64,000 bases of DNA from Acidobacteriota bacterium (GTDB lineage Bacteria; Acidobacteriota; Thermoanaerobaculia; Multivoradales; UBA5704), in contig JBDTZG010000007.1 in assembly GCA_040005235.1 (NCBI GenBank), positions 1-64,000 of the forward strand, read 5' to 3'. Positions 32,220 through 41,340 of the stretch are shown one piece after another. A model generated the notes under the pieces. It did not search any database. It was not told the origin of the DNA and worked only from the letters and a program-made list of their open reading frames with translations. Position 1 is the first letter of the stretch. Every line of letters begins with the position of its first letter. A program made the translations under genes and the position numbers.

Positions 32220-32627
32220 CTGACCCTACGCTCCCTTCGGCCGCTCGCCCCGTGGGTCCTGGTCGGACTCGGCGGGTGGGCGGCCTTCGCCGTCCTTGCC
32301 GCCTGGCAGCCGACGGGGGGCGCCGAGAATTCGATCTGCCTGTTCCGCCGCGCGACCGGCCTACCCTGCCCGGGTTGCGGCTTGACCCGGGGCTTCGCGG
32401 CGCTCGCCAAGGGGCATTTCGGCCAGGCTTTCGCGTTCCACCCGTTCGTCTACGTGATCGCGCTCGAAGCGCTCGCCGGCTGGCTCGCTTGGGGATGGTT
32501 CGCGGCGAAGGGACGCCCGTGGCCGGAGAGCTGGTCGCGGCGGGCCGGACCGGTCGTCACCGGCCACGTCGCCGCATTGCTCGCGCTTTGGCTCGGCCGC
32601 CTCGCGACCGGCACCCTCCCCTGGTAG
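32220..32627 (+). CDS. DUF2752 membrane protein (start probably CTG 32220)
   Basis: The frame upstream of the track's TTG encodes a TM and ICLFRRATGLPCPGCGLTRGF, the DUF2752 signature. Confidence 0.8.
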   Translation: MTLRSLRPLAPWVLVGLGGWAAFAVLAAWQPTGGAENSICLFRRATGLPCPGCGLTRGFAALAKGHFGQAFAFHPFVYVIALEALAGWLAWGWFAAKGRPWPESWSRRAGPVVTGHVAALLALWLGRLATGTLPW

Positions 32628-32637
32628 GCTCCGCGCC

Positions 32638-32952
32638 GTGGCCATGATCACCCGGCGCCGCGCCTTTCTCGGCGCGATCCTTTTCTTCGTTCTGCTCGCC
32701 CTCGACCAGCTTCAACGGCCGGAGCATCAGGTATCCGCGAACTTCCTGCTCTTGGCGATTCACGGCTACCAGGCGACGCTCTCCAAAGCGATGCCCGCGC
32801 TCGGGGTCCGCTGCCGCTTCACCCCCTCGTGCAGCCATTACGGCGAAGGGGCGATCCGCAAATACGGTGCGGTGATGGGCTCGATCCGCACCGCCGGAAG
32901 GATCGCCCGCTGCGGCCCGTGGACGCCGCTCGGGACTTACGATCCGCCTTGA
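32638..32952 (+). CDS. yidD: Membrane protein insertion efficiency factor
   Basis: YQ..LS, CRFTPSCSHY...AI.KYG, RI.RCGPW...YDP. Confidence 0.92.
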   Translation: MAMITRRRAFLGAILFFVLLALDQLQRPEHQVSANFLLLAIHGYQATLSKAMPALGVRCRFTPSCSHYGEGAIRKYGAVMGSIRTAGRIARCGPWTPLGTYDPP

Positions 32953-32991
32953 GGTTGACAGGGGAGGCGGCGGACGGCGATGCTCGCGTGC

Positions 32992-33528
32992 ATGGCCGAC
33001 GATCGATTGGATTATCAGGAGCTGGTGCGCGAGGCGTTGCGCGATGTCGTAAGGCGCTGCATGGAGGTCGTGGCCGAAGAGGGTGGGCTGCCGGGCGACC
33101 ATTTCTTCTACGTGAGTTTCCGCTCCAGCTTCCCCGGGGTGCGCATCCCGGCGTTCCTCCGCGATAGCTATCCGGACGAGGTGACGATCATCCTTCAGCA
33201 TCAGTTCTGGGACCTGGAGGTCGATCGCGAGGCGTTTTCCGTCTCGCTCAACTTCAACGCCTCGCGCCAGCGGGTCACCGTGCCCTACGAGGCTCTCACC
33301 TCGTTCGTCGATCCGTCGGCGGAATTCGGCCTGCGCTTCGGCCCGGTCGAGCCGGAAGAGGCGAAGGGGACGGAGGTCCGCGGGCCGCGCTCCATCGATC
33401 GGGGAACCCCGGGCGAAAACCGGCCGGCCGGCGTCCCTACGAACGTTCCCGAACCGGTCGGCGCCCCGGCGGGCGACGGCGGCAAAATCGCGGGCGTCCT
33501 GCCGTTCGATCCCTCTCGTCGCCGGTGA
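32992..33528 (+). CDS. sspB: ClpXP adaptor SspB (alphaproteobacterial type)
   Basis: LPGDHFFYVSF, YPDEVTIILQHQFWDL, FVDPSAEFGLRF. Confidence 0.88.
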   Translation: MADDRLDYQELVREALRDVVRRCMEVVAEEGGLPGDHFFYVSFRSSFPGVRIPAFLRDSYPDEVTIILQHQFWDLEVDREAFSVSLNFNASRQRVTVPYEALTSFVDPSAEFGLRFGPVEPEEAKGTEVRGPRSIDRGTPGENRPAGVPTNVPEPVGAPAGDGGKIAGVLPFDPSRRR

Positions 33529-33668
33529 CTTGGGACCAACGTCCGTAGCGAGCGGCGGCACCGTCCTGCCGGGGATGACAGGTTTCGGGTAAGCGCGGGC
33601 GGCGATTCGTGGCATCGGCTTTGCTGTTTCGTTCCTGCGCAGGTTTCATTTCCCGGAGGAACATCGTC

Positions 33669-34727
33669 ATGAAGGCCCGTGGTTTCGCCCCTTTGATTCC
33701 TACGCTCGTTTTCGCGGCGCTCGCCGCGTGCTCGCCTCAGCAGGCTTCGAAATCCGGTGCGGAAGAGTCGCCCGCGCCGGTCGCGATCGCTCAGACTTCG
33801 CCCGCCCCGGCCTCTGAAGTCGTCTCCGAGGCGGATGCCCGCACCCATGACGAGCTGGGGGCCGGCCATGAGGTGGCGCCCGCCGAGCCCGCTCCGGAAC
33901 CCTCGCCTTCGGTGGATCTCAAAGCGGCGGATCTCGAAGCGAAGGAACGCGAGCTGGCCCGCCGCGAGCGCGACCTGCGCGCCCGTGAGGCCCGGGTTGC
34001 GAGAACGGCGATCCCGAAGCCGGCGCGCGACGTGGCTCCGAAACCGGCACCGGAACCGGCCCCGGCCGAGCCGGAGGCGATCGCCCCGGAAGACTCCGAG
34101 AACCCGGAGATCGCCGAAGGCACCGAGCCGGGAGACGATGCGGATCGCGGCTACGACTCAGAGCCTGCCGATCAGCCGGAGCCCGAGCGCGCGCCCCCGG
34201 TCACCGTGCCAGCTGGAGCGCACCTGACGGTCGAGCTTCTCGGCGGTCTGTCGAGTGCCACCGCAAAGACCGGCGACACCTTCCGGGTTCGGGTCGCTCG
34301 GGACGTCGGTGTCGACGGCGAGACCGTCATTCCTGAAGGGGCGGAGGTCCAGGGCGTGGTCGGCGAGGCCTCGGGTGCCCGCCGCGGCTCGCCCGCGCGG
34401 CTGGAGCTGCGGTTCACCGACCTGGTGCTCCCTGACGGCGAGACCCTGCCGATCCACGCCGTGCTGCAGCAGATCGGCGAGCAAGCCTCGCCCGGCCGCA
34501 AGGCGGCGGCGGTGGGCGGCGGTGCGGCGGCCGGAGCGGTGCTCGGCCGGGCCCTGAGCGGCAGCGGGTCGCGCGGCGCGGGAACCGTGATCGGCGCGCT
34601 GGTGGGCGCCCTCGCCGGCGCGGCGATCGCTTCGCACTCGACACCCGAGCAGATCGAGATCCCGGCGGGGACCCTGATGGTCCTGAAACTCGATCGCGAC
34701 GCGGAGATCGGCGGCGGCGCGCGGTAA
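33669..34727 (+). CDS. Lipoprotein with Pro/Glu-rich linker, beta domain and glycine zipper
   Basis: GGAGG RBS, lipobox LAAC, VPAG..L...L...LSS.TA..GD.F, GGGAAAGAVLG...GALVGALAG. Confidence 0.78.
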   Translation: MKARGFAPLIPTLVFAALAACSPQQASKSGAEESPAPVAIAQTSPAPASEVVSEADARTHDELGAGHEVAPAEPAPEPSPSVDLKAADLEAKERELARRERDLRAREARVARTAIPKPARDVAPKPAPEPAPAEPEAIAPEDSENPEIAEGTEPGDDADRGYDSEPADQPEPERAPPVTVPAGAHLTVELLGGLSSATAKTGDTFRVRVARDVGVDGETVIPEGAEVQGVVGEASGARRGSPARLELRFTDLVLPDGETLPIHAVLQQIGEQASPGRKAAAVGGGAAAGAVLGRALSGSGSRGAGTVIGALVGALAGAAIASHSTPEQIEIPAGTLMVLKLDRDAEIGGGAR

Positions 34728-34741
34728 AGGTTGAAGTTTGA

Positions 34742-34770
34742 TTGACACGACCCTCACCCTCGGTTAGCCT
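34742..34770 (+). promoter_or_regulatory. Sigma70-type promoter of the metH leader
   Basis: TTGACA, 17 nt spacer, TAGCCT, ending 7 nt before riboswitch P1. Confidence 0.7.
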
Positions 34771-34777
34771 CTCGGCA

Positions 34778-34908
34778 GCATTGCGAGAGGCTCCGCCGAA
34801 AGCGCGGGGCACGGCAACCTGGGGCGGACACCCAAGGTGCCATCCTGTTCGGAAGTCGGGTCGAACCCGAACGGGGATGCGGCCGATTCGAAAGAGTCGG
34901 CAACGAAC
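34778..34908 (+). ncRNA. SAM riboswitch (SAM-I/IV-like)
   Basis: P1 GCAT/ATGC; P3 GGCAACC-TGGG..CCCA-AGGTGCC; 3' hairpin GCCGATTC-GAAA-GAGTCGGC; tail CGAAC complementary to GTTCG after P3. Upstream of metH. Confidence 0.8.
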
Positions 34909-34925
34909 TGTCCGCGGCGCACGAT

Positions 34926-34963
34926 AAGCCCGTTCTCGCGATGTTTGGCGATGCGGGCTTTTT
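34926..34963 (+). terminator. Intrinsic terminator (riboswitch expression platform)
   Basis: AAGCCCG...CGGGCTTTTT stem plus U-tract, located before the metH start. Confidence 0.72.
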
Positions 34964-34987
34964 CGTTGGCCCGGGAAAGTACAGGCC

Positions 34988-37900
34988 GTGATGGCAACCG
35001 TTCCCGTCGTACCCGTGGAAATTCCGATCCCTCCGATTCCGGCGGATCTCGAAACCCGCCGCGATCTGCTGATCCGAGCGCTCGCCGAGCGCATTCTGGT
35101 GCTCGACGGCGCCACCGGCACGGCGCTCCAGGCGGCGGACCTCACCGCCGCGGATTTCGGCGGGCCGGAGCTCGAAGGGTGCAACGAGAACCTCTGCCGC
35201 ATCCGGCCGGACGTCGTCGACGGCGTCCACGAGCGCTACCTGAAAGCGGGCTGCGACATCGTCGAAACCGACTCGTTCGGCGGCACGCCCCTGGTGCTGG
35301 CCGAATACGGCTTAGCCTCCGATGCCTTCGAGCTGAACCGCCTCTCCGCTGCGATCGCCCGCACGGCCTGCGCGCGCTGGGACTCAACCCAGAAGCCGCG
35401 ATTCGTCGCGGGCTCGATGGGGCCGACGACGCGAGCGATCTCGGTCACCGGCAACGTCACCTTCGAAGAGCTTCAGGAGACCTTCCGGATTCAGGCGCTC
35501 GGCCTGATGGCGGGCGGTGCCGACTATCTGTTGCTCGAAACCGCGCAGGACACCCGCAACGTCAAGGCCGGCCTGATCGGCATCGAAGAAGCGTTTACCC
35601 AGGCCGGTTGGCGGATTTCGGTCGCGGTCTCCGCGACGTTCGAGACCACGGGCACGCTGCTCGGCGGCCAGGACGCCGAAGCGCTGGTCGCGTCGGTCGC
35701 CCACGCCGACCTGCTCTATCTGGGGATCAACTGCGCAACCGGCCCGGAGCGGATGACCGATCCCCTGCGGACGCTCGCCGAGCTAGCTCAGGTGCGGGTG
35801 GCCTGCGTGCCGAACGCGGGGCTCCCCGACGAGGAAGGCTGCTACCGCGAAGGCCCCGAGGTGTTCGAGAAGGTGTTCGGCCGCTTTCTGGACGCCGGCT
35901 GGCTCAACGTGGTGGGCGGCTGCTGCGGCACGACCGACGCCCACGTCCGCTCGCTGGTCGCCCTGGTCGAGGGGCGCAAGCCCCGCGCCGTGCCGCACCA
36001 TCATCGGGCGTGGGTCTCCGGCCTCGAAGCGGTCGAGCTGACCGACGACAACCGGCCGCTCCTGGTGGGCGAGCGGACGAACGTGCTCGGCAGCCGGAAG
36101 TTCAAGCGGCTGATCGCCTCCGGCGAGATCGAAGCCGCCGCGGAGGTTGGCCGTGCCCAGGTCCGGGCGGGCGCCCAGGTGCTCGACGTCTGCCTTCAAG
36201 ATCCCGACCGCGACGAGCGCGGCGACGTCGAGGCGTTTCTTGGCCGGCTGATTCGCCTGGTCAAGGCGCCCCTGATGATCGATTCGACCGACGCGGTGGT
36301 GATGGCGCGGGCGCTCACCTACTGCCAGGGCAAGTCGATTCTCAACTCGATCAACCTCGAAGACGGCCGCGTCCGCTTCGACCGGGTGGTGCCGATGGCG
36401 AAGAGCTTCGGCGCCGCGCTGGTGGTCGGCACGATCGACGAGAAGGGAATGGCGGTCACGGTCGAACGGAAAGTCGAGATCGCGCAGCGCAGCTTCCATC
36501 TGCTCACCGACGAGTTTCGCATCCCGCCCGAGGACATCTGGTGGGACGCGCTGGTCTTCCCTTGCGGCACGGGCGACGCGGCCTACATCGGCTCGGCGGC
36601 CCAGACCATCGCGGGGGTGGCGGCGCTCAAAGAACAGTTCCCGGAGGCCAAGACGATCTTGGGCGTTTCCAATGTCAGCTTCGGCCTGCCGGAGGCCGGG
36701 CGCGAGGTGCTCAACTCGGTCTTCCTCTACCACGCGACCAAAGCCGGGCTCGACGCGGCGATCGTCAACACCGAAAAACTCGCCCGCTACGCCGACATCC
36801 CGGAAGAGGAGCGCGCGCTCGCCGAGGCGCTGATCTTCCTACCACCCGGCGATGTCGAAGGATCGGAGCGGGCGATCACCGAGTTCACCGCCTACTTCCG
36901 CGGCCGGACCGGAACCGCAGCGCGCACCACGTCGCGCGCCGAGCTGCCGCTCGAACAGCGGATCGCCCGCGCGGTAGTCGAAGGCTCAAAGGAGGGGCTC
37001 GAAGCCGATCTCGAAGCGGCCCTCGCCGATCCGCGCTGGCCCGCGCCGCTCGACCTGATCAACGGCCCGCTGATGGCCGGCATGGCCGAGGTCGGCCGCC
37101 TGTTCAACGACAACCAGCTGATCGTGGCGGAGGTCCTCCAGAGCGCCGAGGTGATGAAGGCTGCGGTGTCGTTTCTCGAATTGCGGATGGAAAAAGTCGA
37201 AGGGAGCACGCGCGGCAAGATTCTGCTCGCAACGGTCAAAGGGGACGTCCACGACATCGGCAAGAACCTGGTCGACATCATCTTGTCGAACAACGGGTTC
37301 CAAGTCATCAACCTGGGGATCAAGGTGCCGTCCGAGAGGCTGATCGACGCCGTCCGCGAGCACAAGCCCGACCTGATCGGCCTCTCCGGCCTGCTGGTCA
37401 AATCGGCGCAGCAGATGGTGATCACGGCGGACGACCTGAAGGTCGCGGGGATCGACCTCCCGTTGATCGTCGGCGGCGCCGCGCTCACCCGGAGGTTCAC
37501 CCATCGGAAGATCGCGATGGCCTACGGCGGATTGTGTACCTACGCCAAGGACGCCATGCACGGCCTGTCGCTGGTCGAGCGCCTGACCGACCCGGCGGCG
37601 CGCCCGGCGCTCGAACGCGAGGTGGCCGAGATCCAAGCCGCCGACCGGGTGGATGCGGTCGAGTCCTCCGCGCCGAGCGAGGGAAGCACGGCGGCGCCCG
37701 TGATCGTCCGTCGCGATTTGATCGCACCTCCTCCGCCCGATTTCGAGCGCCATGTGGAAGATCTCGATCTCGATAAGGTCTGGAGCTTCTTGAATCCGCA
37801 GATGGTCTACGGCAAACACCTCGGCCTGCGCGGCTCGGTCAAGAAGCTCGAAGAGGCGGGGGACGAGCGGCTGGCGAAGCTGCGTGCCTTGATCGAGGAG

Positions 37901-38494
37901 CTTCAGGAAATCGGGCGCGGAGGCGCGATCCACGCTCGCGCGGTCTGGCGTTTCTTCCCTGCCGAGGCGGAAGGGGACCGGATTACCTTGCGCTGCCCAG
38001 GGACCGGTGGGGTCGCCGCCGAATGGACCTTTCCGCGTCAGGCGCGCGATGGAGGCTTGTGCCTTTCGGACTACGTGCTGCCGAACGATTCGATCGCCCT
38101 GTTCGTCACCACCGCGGGAGAAGGAGTCCGCGAGCGGGTCGAGACCTGGAAAAACAACGGCGAATATCTAAAAAGCCACGCCTTCGCGGCGCTCGCTCTA
38201 GAAACCGCCGAAGCCGCCGCCGAATATCTGCACCACAGGTTGCGCGCCGAATGGGGTTTCCCCGCCCCCCCCGATCTTTCGATGACCGATCAACTCGCCG
38301 CCCGCTACCGAGGCAAGCGCTACAGCTTCGGTTACCCGGCTTGTCCCGACCTCGCTTTTCAGCGCCAACTGTTTACCGCGCTCTCGCCCGAAGAGATCGG
38401 CGTACATCTCACCGAGGGCGACATGATGGACCCGGAGGCGAGCGTCTCGGCGCTGGTTTTGGAGCATCCGGATGCTCGGTATTTTGGGGTGTGA
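34988..38494 (+). CDS. metH: B12-dependent methionine synthase
   Basis: VLDGATGT, GINCATGP, GGCCGTT, VGERTN..GS, ATVKGDVHDIGKN, RYSFGYPACP. Confidence 0.97.
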   Translation: MMATVPVVPVEIPIPPIPADLETRRDLLIRALAERILVLDGATGTALQAADLTAADFGGPELEGCNENLCRIRPDVVDGVHERYLKAGCDIVETDSFGGTPLVLAEYGLASDAFELNRLSAAIARTACARWDSTQKPRFVAGSMGPTTRAISVTGNVTFEELQETFRIQALGLMAGGADYLLLETAQDTRNVKAGLIGIEEAFTQAGWRISVAVSATFETTGTLLGGQDAEALVASVAHADLLYLGINCATGPERMTDPLRTLAELAQVRVACVPNAGLPDEEGCYREGPEVFEKVFGRFLDAGWLNVVGGCCGTTDAHVRSLVALVEGRKPRAVPHHHRAWVSGLEAVELTDDNRPLLVGERTNVLGSRKFKRLIASGEIEAAAEVGRAQVRAGAQVLDVCLQDPDRDERGDVEAFLGRLIRLVKAPLMIDSTDAVVMARALTYCQGKSILNSINLEDGRVRFDRVVPMAKSFGAALVVGTIDEKGMAVTVERKVEIAQRSFHLLTDEFRIPPEDIWWDALVFPCGTGDAAYIGSAAQTIAGVAALKEQFPEAKTILGVSNVSFGLPEAGREVLNSVFLYHATKAGLDAAIVNTEKLARYADIPEEERALAEALIFLPPGDVEGSERAITEFTAYFRGRTGTAARTTSRAELPLEQRIARAVVEGSKEGLEADLEAALADPRWPAPLDLINGPLMAGMAEVGRLFNDNQLIVAEVLQSAEVMKAAVSFLELRMEKVEGSTRGKILLATVKGDVHDIGKNLVDIILSNNGFQVINLGIKVPSERLIDAVREHKPDLIGLSGLLVKSAQQMVITADDLKVAGIDLPLIVGGAALTRRFTHRKIAMAYGGLCTYAKDAMHGLSLVERLTDPAARPALEREVAEIQAADRVDAVESSAPSEGSTAAPVIVRRDLIAPPPPDFERHVEDLDLDKVWSFLNPQMVYGKHLGLRGSVKKLEEAGDERLAKLRALIEELQEIGRGGAIHARAVWRFFPAEAEGDRITLRCPGTGGVAAEWTFPRQARDGGLCLSDYVLPNDSIALFVTTAGEGVRERVETWKNNGEYLKSHAFAALALETAEAAAEYLHHRLRAEWGFPAPPDLSMTDQLAARYRGKRYSFGYPACPDLAFQRQLFTALSPEEIGVHLTEGDMMDPEASVSALVLEHPDARYFGV

Positions 38495-38507
38495 GGTCGC
38501 TGCAGGG

Positions 38508-38693
38508 TTATGCGCGCCTCAACACCGTTTCTTCTCGTTCCAGGTGCAGCCGAGACAGTTTCTCCTTGGCTGCAGCGGCGCGAAGTCGATAGAACGCGAT
38601 CAGCTCCTCGGCAGACAGGTTCTTGGTTTCTTCATATAGCTCATCGCGAATTCGGCGCACCCAACCGACCGCGTCGATTTCATGATCTTCCAT
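38508..38693 (-). CDS. Small helical protein of the type found downstream of PIN toxins
   Basis: DAV..VRRIRDELYEETK.LS.EE.I.FY pattern; overlaps a PIN C-terminal remnant. Confidence 0.65.
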   Translation of the reverse strand: MEDHEIDAVGWVRRIRDELYEETKNLSAEELIAFYRLRAAAAKEKLSRLHLEREETVLRRA

Positions 38694-38730
38694 AGCTCGT
38701 CACCTCGCGGGGTGAGTAGATCTGCGCAGG
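38680..38730 (-). pseudogene. C-terminal remnant of a PIN-like gene
   Basis: Reads AQIYSPREVTSYGRS*, resembling the I.SP.EV terminus of PIN proteins. Very short. Confidence 0.4.
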
Positions 38731-38747
38731 CCGGATTTACCTACCCT

Positions 38748-39020
38748 CTATGCCGCCCGGAGTGGAAGGTAGTCCTGCTCGCCCAAAGGCAGCTCGCCGA
38801 GGTCCGATAGAAGCTGGTTGAGGCGCCCAAGAGCCACCGCCTGTGGGGCAGTGATCTCGACCCCCAAGGGTCGTCCGTTCGAGGAGTAGTCCACGACCAG
38901 CAGTCCGTCCGATGACGCCGCGGTCCTGGTGCTCCTCTGGCCGGTCGGATGCGATAGGTGCAGATACGCCGCAAAGGGACGACCTTTTCGGTAGGTGATC
39001 TGTAAGGTTCGTTCCGTCAT
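38748..39020 (-). CDS. DUF2283-family protein
   Basis: AAYLHL...S.RT......LVVDY...GRPLGVEI. Confidence 0.78.
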   Translation of the reverse strand: MTERTLQITYRKGRPFAAYLHLSHPTGQRSTRTAASSDGLLVVDYSSNGRPLGVEITAPQAVALGRLNQLLSDLGELPLGEQDYLPLRAA

Positions 39021-39222
39021 TCGGACACCTCGTACATAGTCACGACGACGAGCAAAGCCAGTTCAGGATCCGGCTCGACGATCACGATCCACGGGCGCCG
39101 CGCCTTACGGGTGTAGATCATGAATCGACCTTCGACCACGCCGGGCTCGAAGCGCGCGGCGCGCTCCAGCATAGCCCGAACTTCGATCTCGGTCACACCC
39201 CGCTGCTCCATCCGCAGCTCGG
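39017..39222 (-). pseudogene. DUF4258-family (RelE/BrnT-like) gene, apparently 5'-truncated
   Basis: ELRMEQRGVTEIEV...W.VIVEPD....LVVVT.Y with ATGA coupling to DUF2283. The expected H before ..RM..R is replaced by AT-richer DNA. Confidence 0.62.
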
Positions 39223-39345
39223 CAGGACATACAATTGAGTATGTTCCATTAATGCGAACGCAGCTACCGAAATCGACGGAGTGAGACCGGAGCGGTTTTA
39301 GTCAGCATCGTTCGCGTAGCGAAGCCCCGACTCACTTCGGTCTTG

Positions 39346-39975
39346 TCACGCTGGTTTTTTGTTCGCCGGTCCACCCGTATCTAACGCCACATTTCTTACT
39401 ATCTGCACGCACTTCCAAACATCGCCCGAATCACATGAGACCCTTGCGAAATAGGTTACAACCCACGCTTGCGCATGAAAAGTGCGATAAGTTTGGAACC
39501 GCCCTGTCTCACCCGTGTCAACGACAGCGACTCGCAATGCACCATCGGTCAGCTCCAGAGAATCTTTCCAGTGATCGATAGTGTCTATTGGCTGAGACCC
39601 TGACTCGTCGCTTACGAGGACTGCAACAGCGGGCCGGGGATTCCAGATAGCACTTCCTCCAACGTTCTTGAGTGACAGCGAAATCGTATGCAGCATGAGG
39701 CCGCTAGGTAGTGAGTGGACACAGACATTCAGATCTAGCTCTGCGCGGGTAGCGAGCGTGCGTCCATGGAAGAAGCGGAAATATGACAAGACAGCACCAA
39801 CTATAACAACAATGATATTGACAAAACTAGATGTTGCATCTAGCGCTTCCTTGTGCGCTTTAAGCGTATCCCATGTGATAATGCCTGACTTGATCAAGTT
39901 TGCTACACTCAGTACGAGGATAGCAACACTCAGAAATGCAATCGCAAGCCCCCGACGGCGTCCTGACCAGATCAT
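39346..39975 (-). CDS. Low-GC hypothetical protein with two N-terminal TMs
   Basis: 209-aa ORF with atypical codon usage. Confidence 0.7.
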   Translation of the reverse strand: MIWSGRRRGLAIAFLSVAILVLSVANLIKSGIITWDTLKAHKEALDATSSFVNIIVVIVGAVLSYFRFFHGRTLATRAELDLNVCVHSLPSGLMLHTISLSLKNVGGSAIWNPRPAVAVLVSDESGSQPIDTIDHWKDSLELTDGALRVAVVDTGETGRFQTYRTFHAQAWVVTYFARVSCDSGDVWKCVQIVRNVALDTGGPANKKPA

Positions 39976-39979
39976 TTAT

Positions 39980-40078
39980 TCACCTGAAAAAAAGAACGCC
40001 CAAGACGACCAAAATACCAGTAAGAAAAATGATTACCCAAAAGTTGATGACTCGTGTCTGCTTACGCGCCATGGCCAC
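39980..40078 (-). CDS. Small single-TM peptide (30-32 aa)
   Basis: AGGAGG 8 nt before GTG. (MA)MARKQTRVINFWVIIFLTGILVVLGVLFFR*, ending 4 nt before the next ATG. Confidence 0.6.
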   Translation of the reverse strand: MAMARKQTRVINFWVIIFLTGILVVLGVLFFR

Positions 40079-40659
40079 GGTGACTTCCTCCTAAGGAGTT
40101 ACGGGTTGCCGAGAGTGTTCAACTTTTAAGCTCGCGCCAAATCCTACCTGCCTATAACCACCCATATCGCCCAGCAGTGTCGGAGGCATACGAAGTGCCT
40201 GCGCTACGATGCGCTGCCTTACCGTTTCCTTGAATTTCTAACCTATGCCGACGCTACCTCCAAATGGTCTTGGTTGTCAAAGCAAGATCTCTACCTCGAC
40301 GGTGAACAACGCGCGTCGAGCGTTCTGACCCCGCACTCGTCGCCCGCCGCAATTTGGCGGCGCGCGGCGTCGTCAGGGTGGATCAGAGGGGTGGCGACTC
40401 CTGGTCGCCACCGCTGCTTCGGCACGTTGGCGAAGATCGAATACAGAGAGTTTGATCCGCTGGCGTCATCAGGGCGAACGGGTATTCGAGAGACAGGGCG
40501 GCATTGCGCTGCGACGTCTCGTGCGAGGGCGTGAAGCCCGCGACCGGATCCAATCCGGACGGCGCCATTCTCTCGGAACGAATTCCAAGTTGCCGGACGC
40601 GGTCGGAAAGGCGTCGGAGCAGTAGGAGCCGATTGGGATAGCGGAGTCGCATCACGACC

Positions 40660-41040
40660 TCAGACCCTCTCCACCATGACGTCATGTGCATATTGAGCGA
40701 GAGCGCCGAGATCTCCGACATCCGAGGTCAGCACTGTTCCGCCTGGCTCGGCCAAGGCGACTACGAGCGCATCGACGGCCGAGCCTCGCCGCGCTAGGGT
40801 GCGTAACTGCGCTGCTCTCCGCGCCAGCGGTTCGCCGATCTCCTCCACGATGTCGCACGACTTGAGAAGGCTGTTCGGGAGAGCGTCGCGGCCCGGATGC
40901 CCTTGTAGACACTCCACGAGAACGATGGAGGGAACGAGGGGCGGCCAAAGTCCCACTCCGCGCAGCGTCGAGATTAGAGCTGTGACTTGCCGAGACCGTT
41001 CGGCCAAGCGGCTGACACCGCCCGAATCGAGAACCAGCAA
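40660..41040 (-). CDS. vapC: PIN-domain toxin
   Basis: LVLDSGG, VPSIVLVE, SAVDALVV, VLTSDVGD. Confidence 0.85.
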   Translation of the reverse strand: MLVLDSGGVSRLAERSRQVTALISTLRGVGLWPPLVPSIVLVECLQGHPGRDALPNSLLKSCDIVEEIGEPLARRAAQLRTLARRGSAVDALVVALAEPGGTVLTSDVGDLGALAQYAHDVMVERV

Positions 41041-41045
41041 GACGG

Positions 41046-41294
41046 TCAGCCCACCTTGCGTGCGGGTTGTCGCGCAATCCGCCGCACGATGGTGGCAGCA
41101 TGCGCGCGCTCCGCTTCAGAAGGTGGTCCCACCTCGGCGATCAGATCCGCAATGTAACGGTCGGTTTCGGCGAGCAGGTCCTGTCGTCGCAATTCCGCGC
41201 GTAGAGCCTTCTGAAGTAGCTCTGAGGCCGGAAGACCGCGGGCTTTCACCAGCTCGTACAGATCTTCGGGAAGGTAAACTTGCATGCGGGCCAT
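41046..41294 (-). CDS. RHH antitoxin (CcdA/VapB-like)
   Basis: MARMQVYLPEDLYELVKARGLPASELLQKAL; directly upstream of the PIN gene. Confidence 0.82.
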   Translation of the reverse strand: MARMQVYLPEDLYELVKARGLPASELLQKALRAELRRQDLLAETDRYIADLIAEVGPPSEAERAHAATIVRRIARQPARKVG

Positions 41295-41340
41295 GCGCCT
41301 AAGTATACGCCCACGATAGCCGCGAGTGGCCGCTGCAACT

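Noticed and set aside
34837-37776. Long alternative-frame and antisense ORFs (this 979-aa ORF, 48644-51217, 58222-60789 and similar)
   Set aside because: Arg/Pro/Gly-rich shadow frames of real high-GC genes, with no recognisable motifs.
39254-39318. attC-like hairpin (GCGAAC...GTTCGC) after the low-GC gene
   Set aside because: Only the outer boxes pair well, the L-box geometry is poor, it is a single site and no integron integrase is present. IntegronFinder would settle it.
40274-40650. Short ORFs between the low-GC insert and the PIN gene
   Set aside because: No RBS, motif or consistent codon bias; not supportable as genes.
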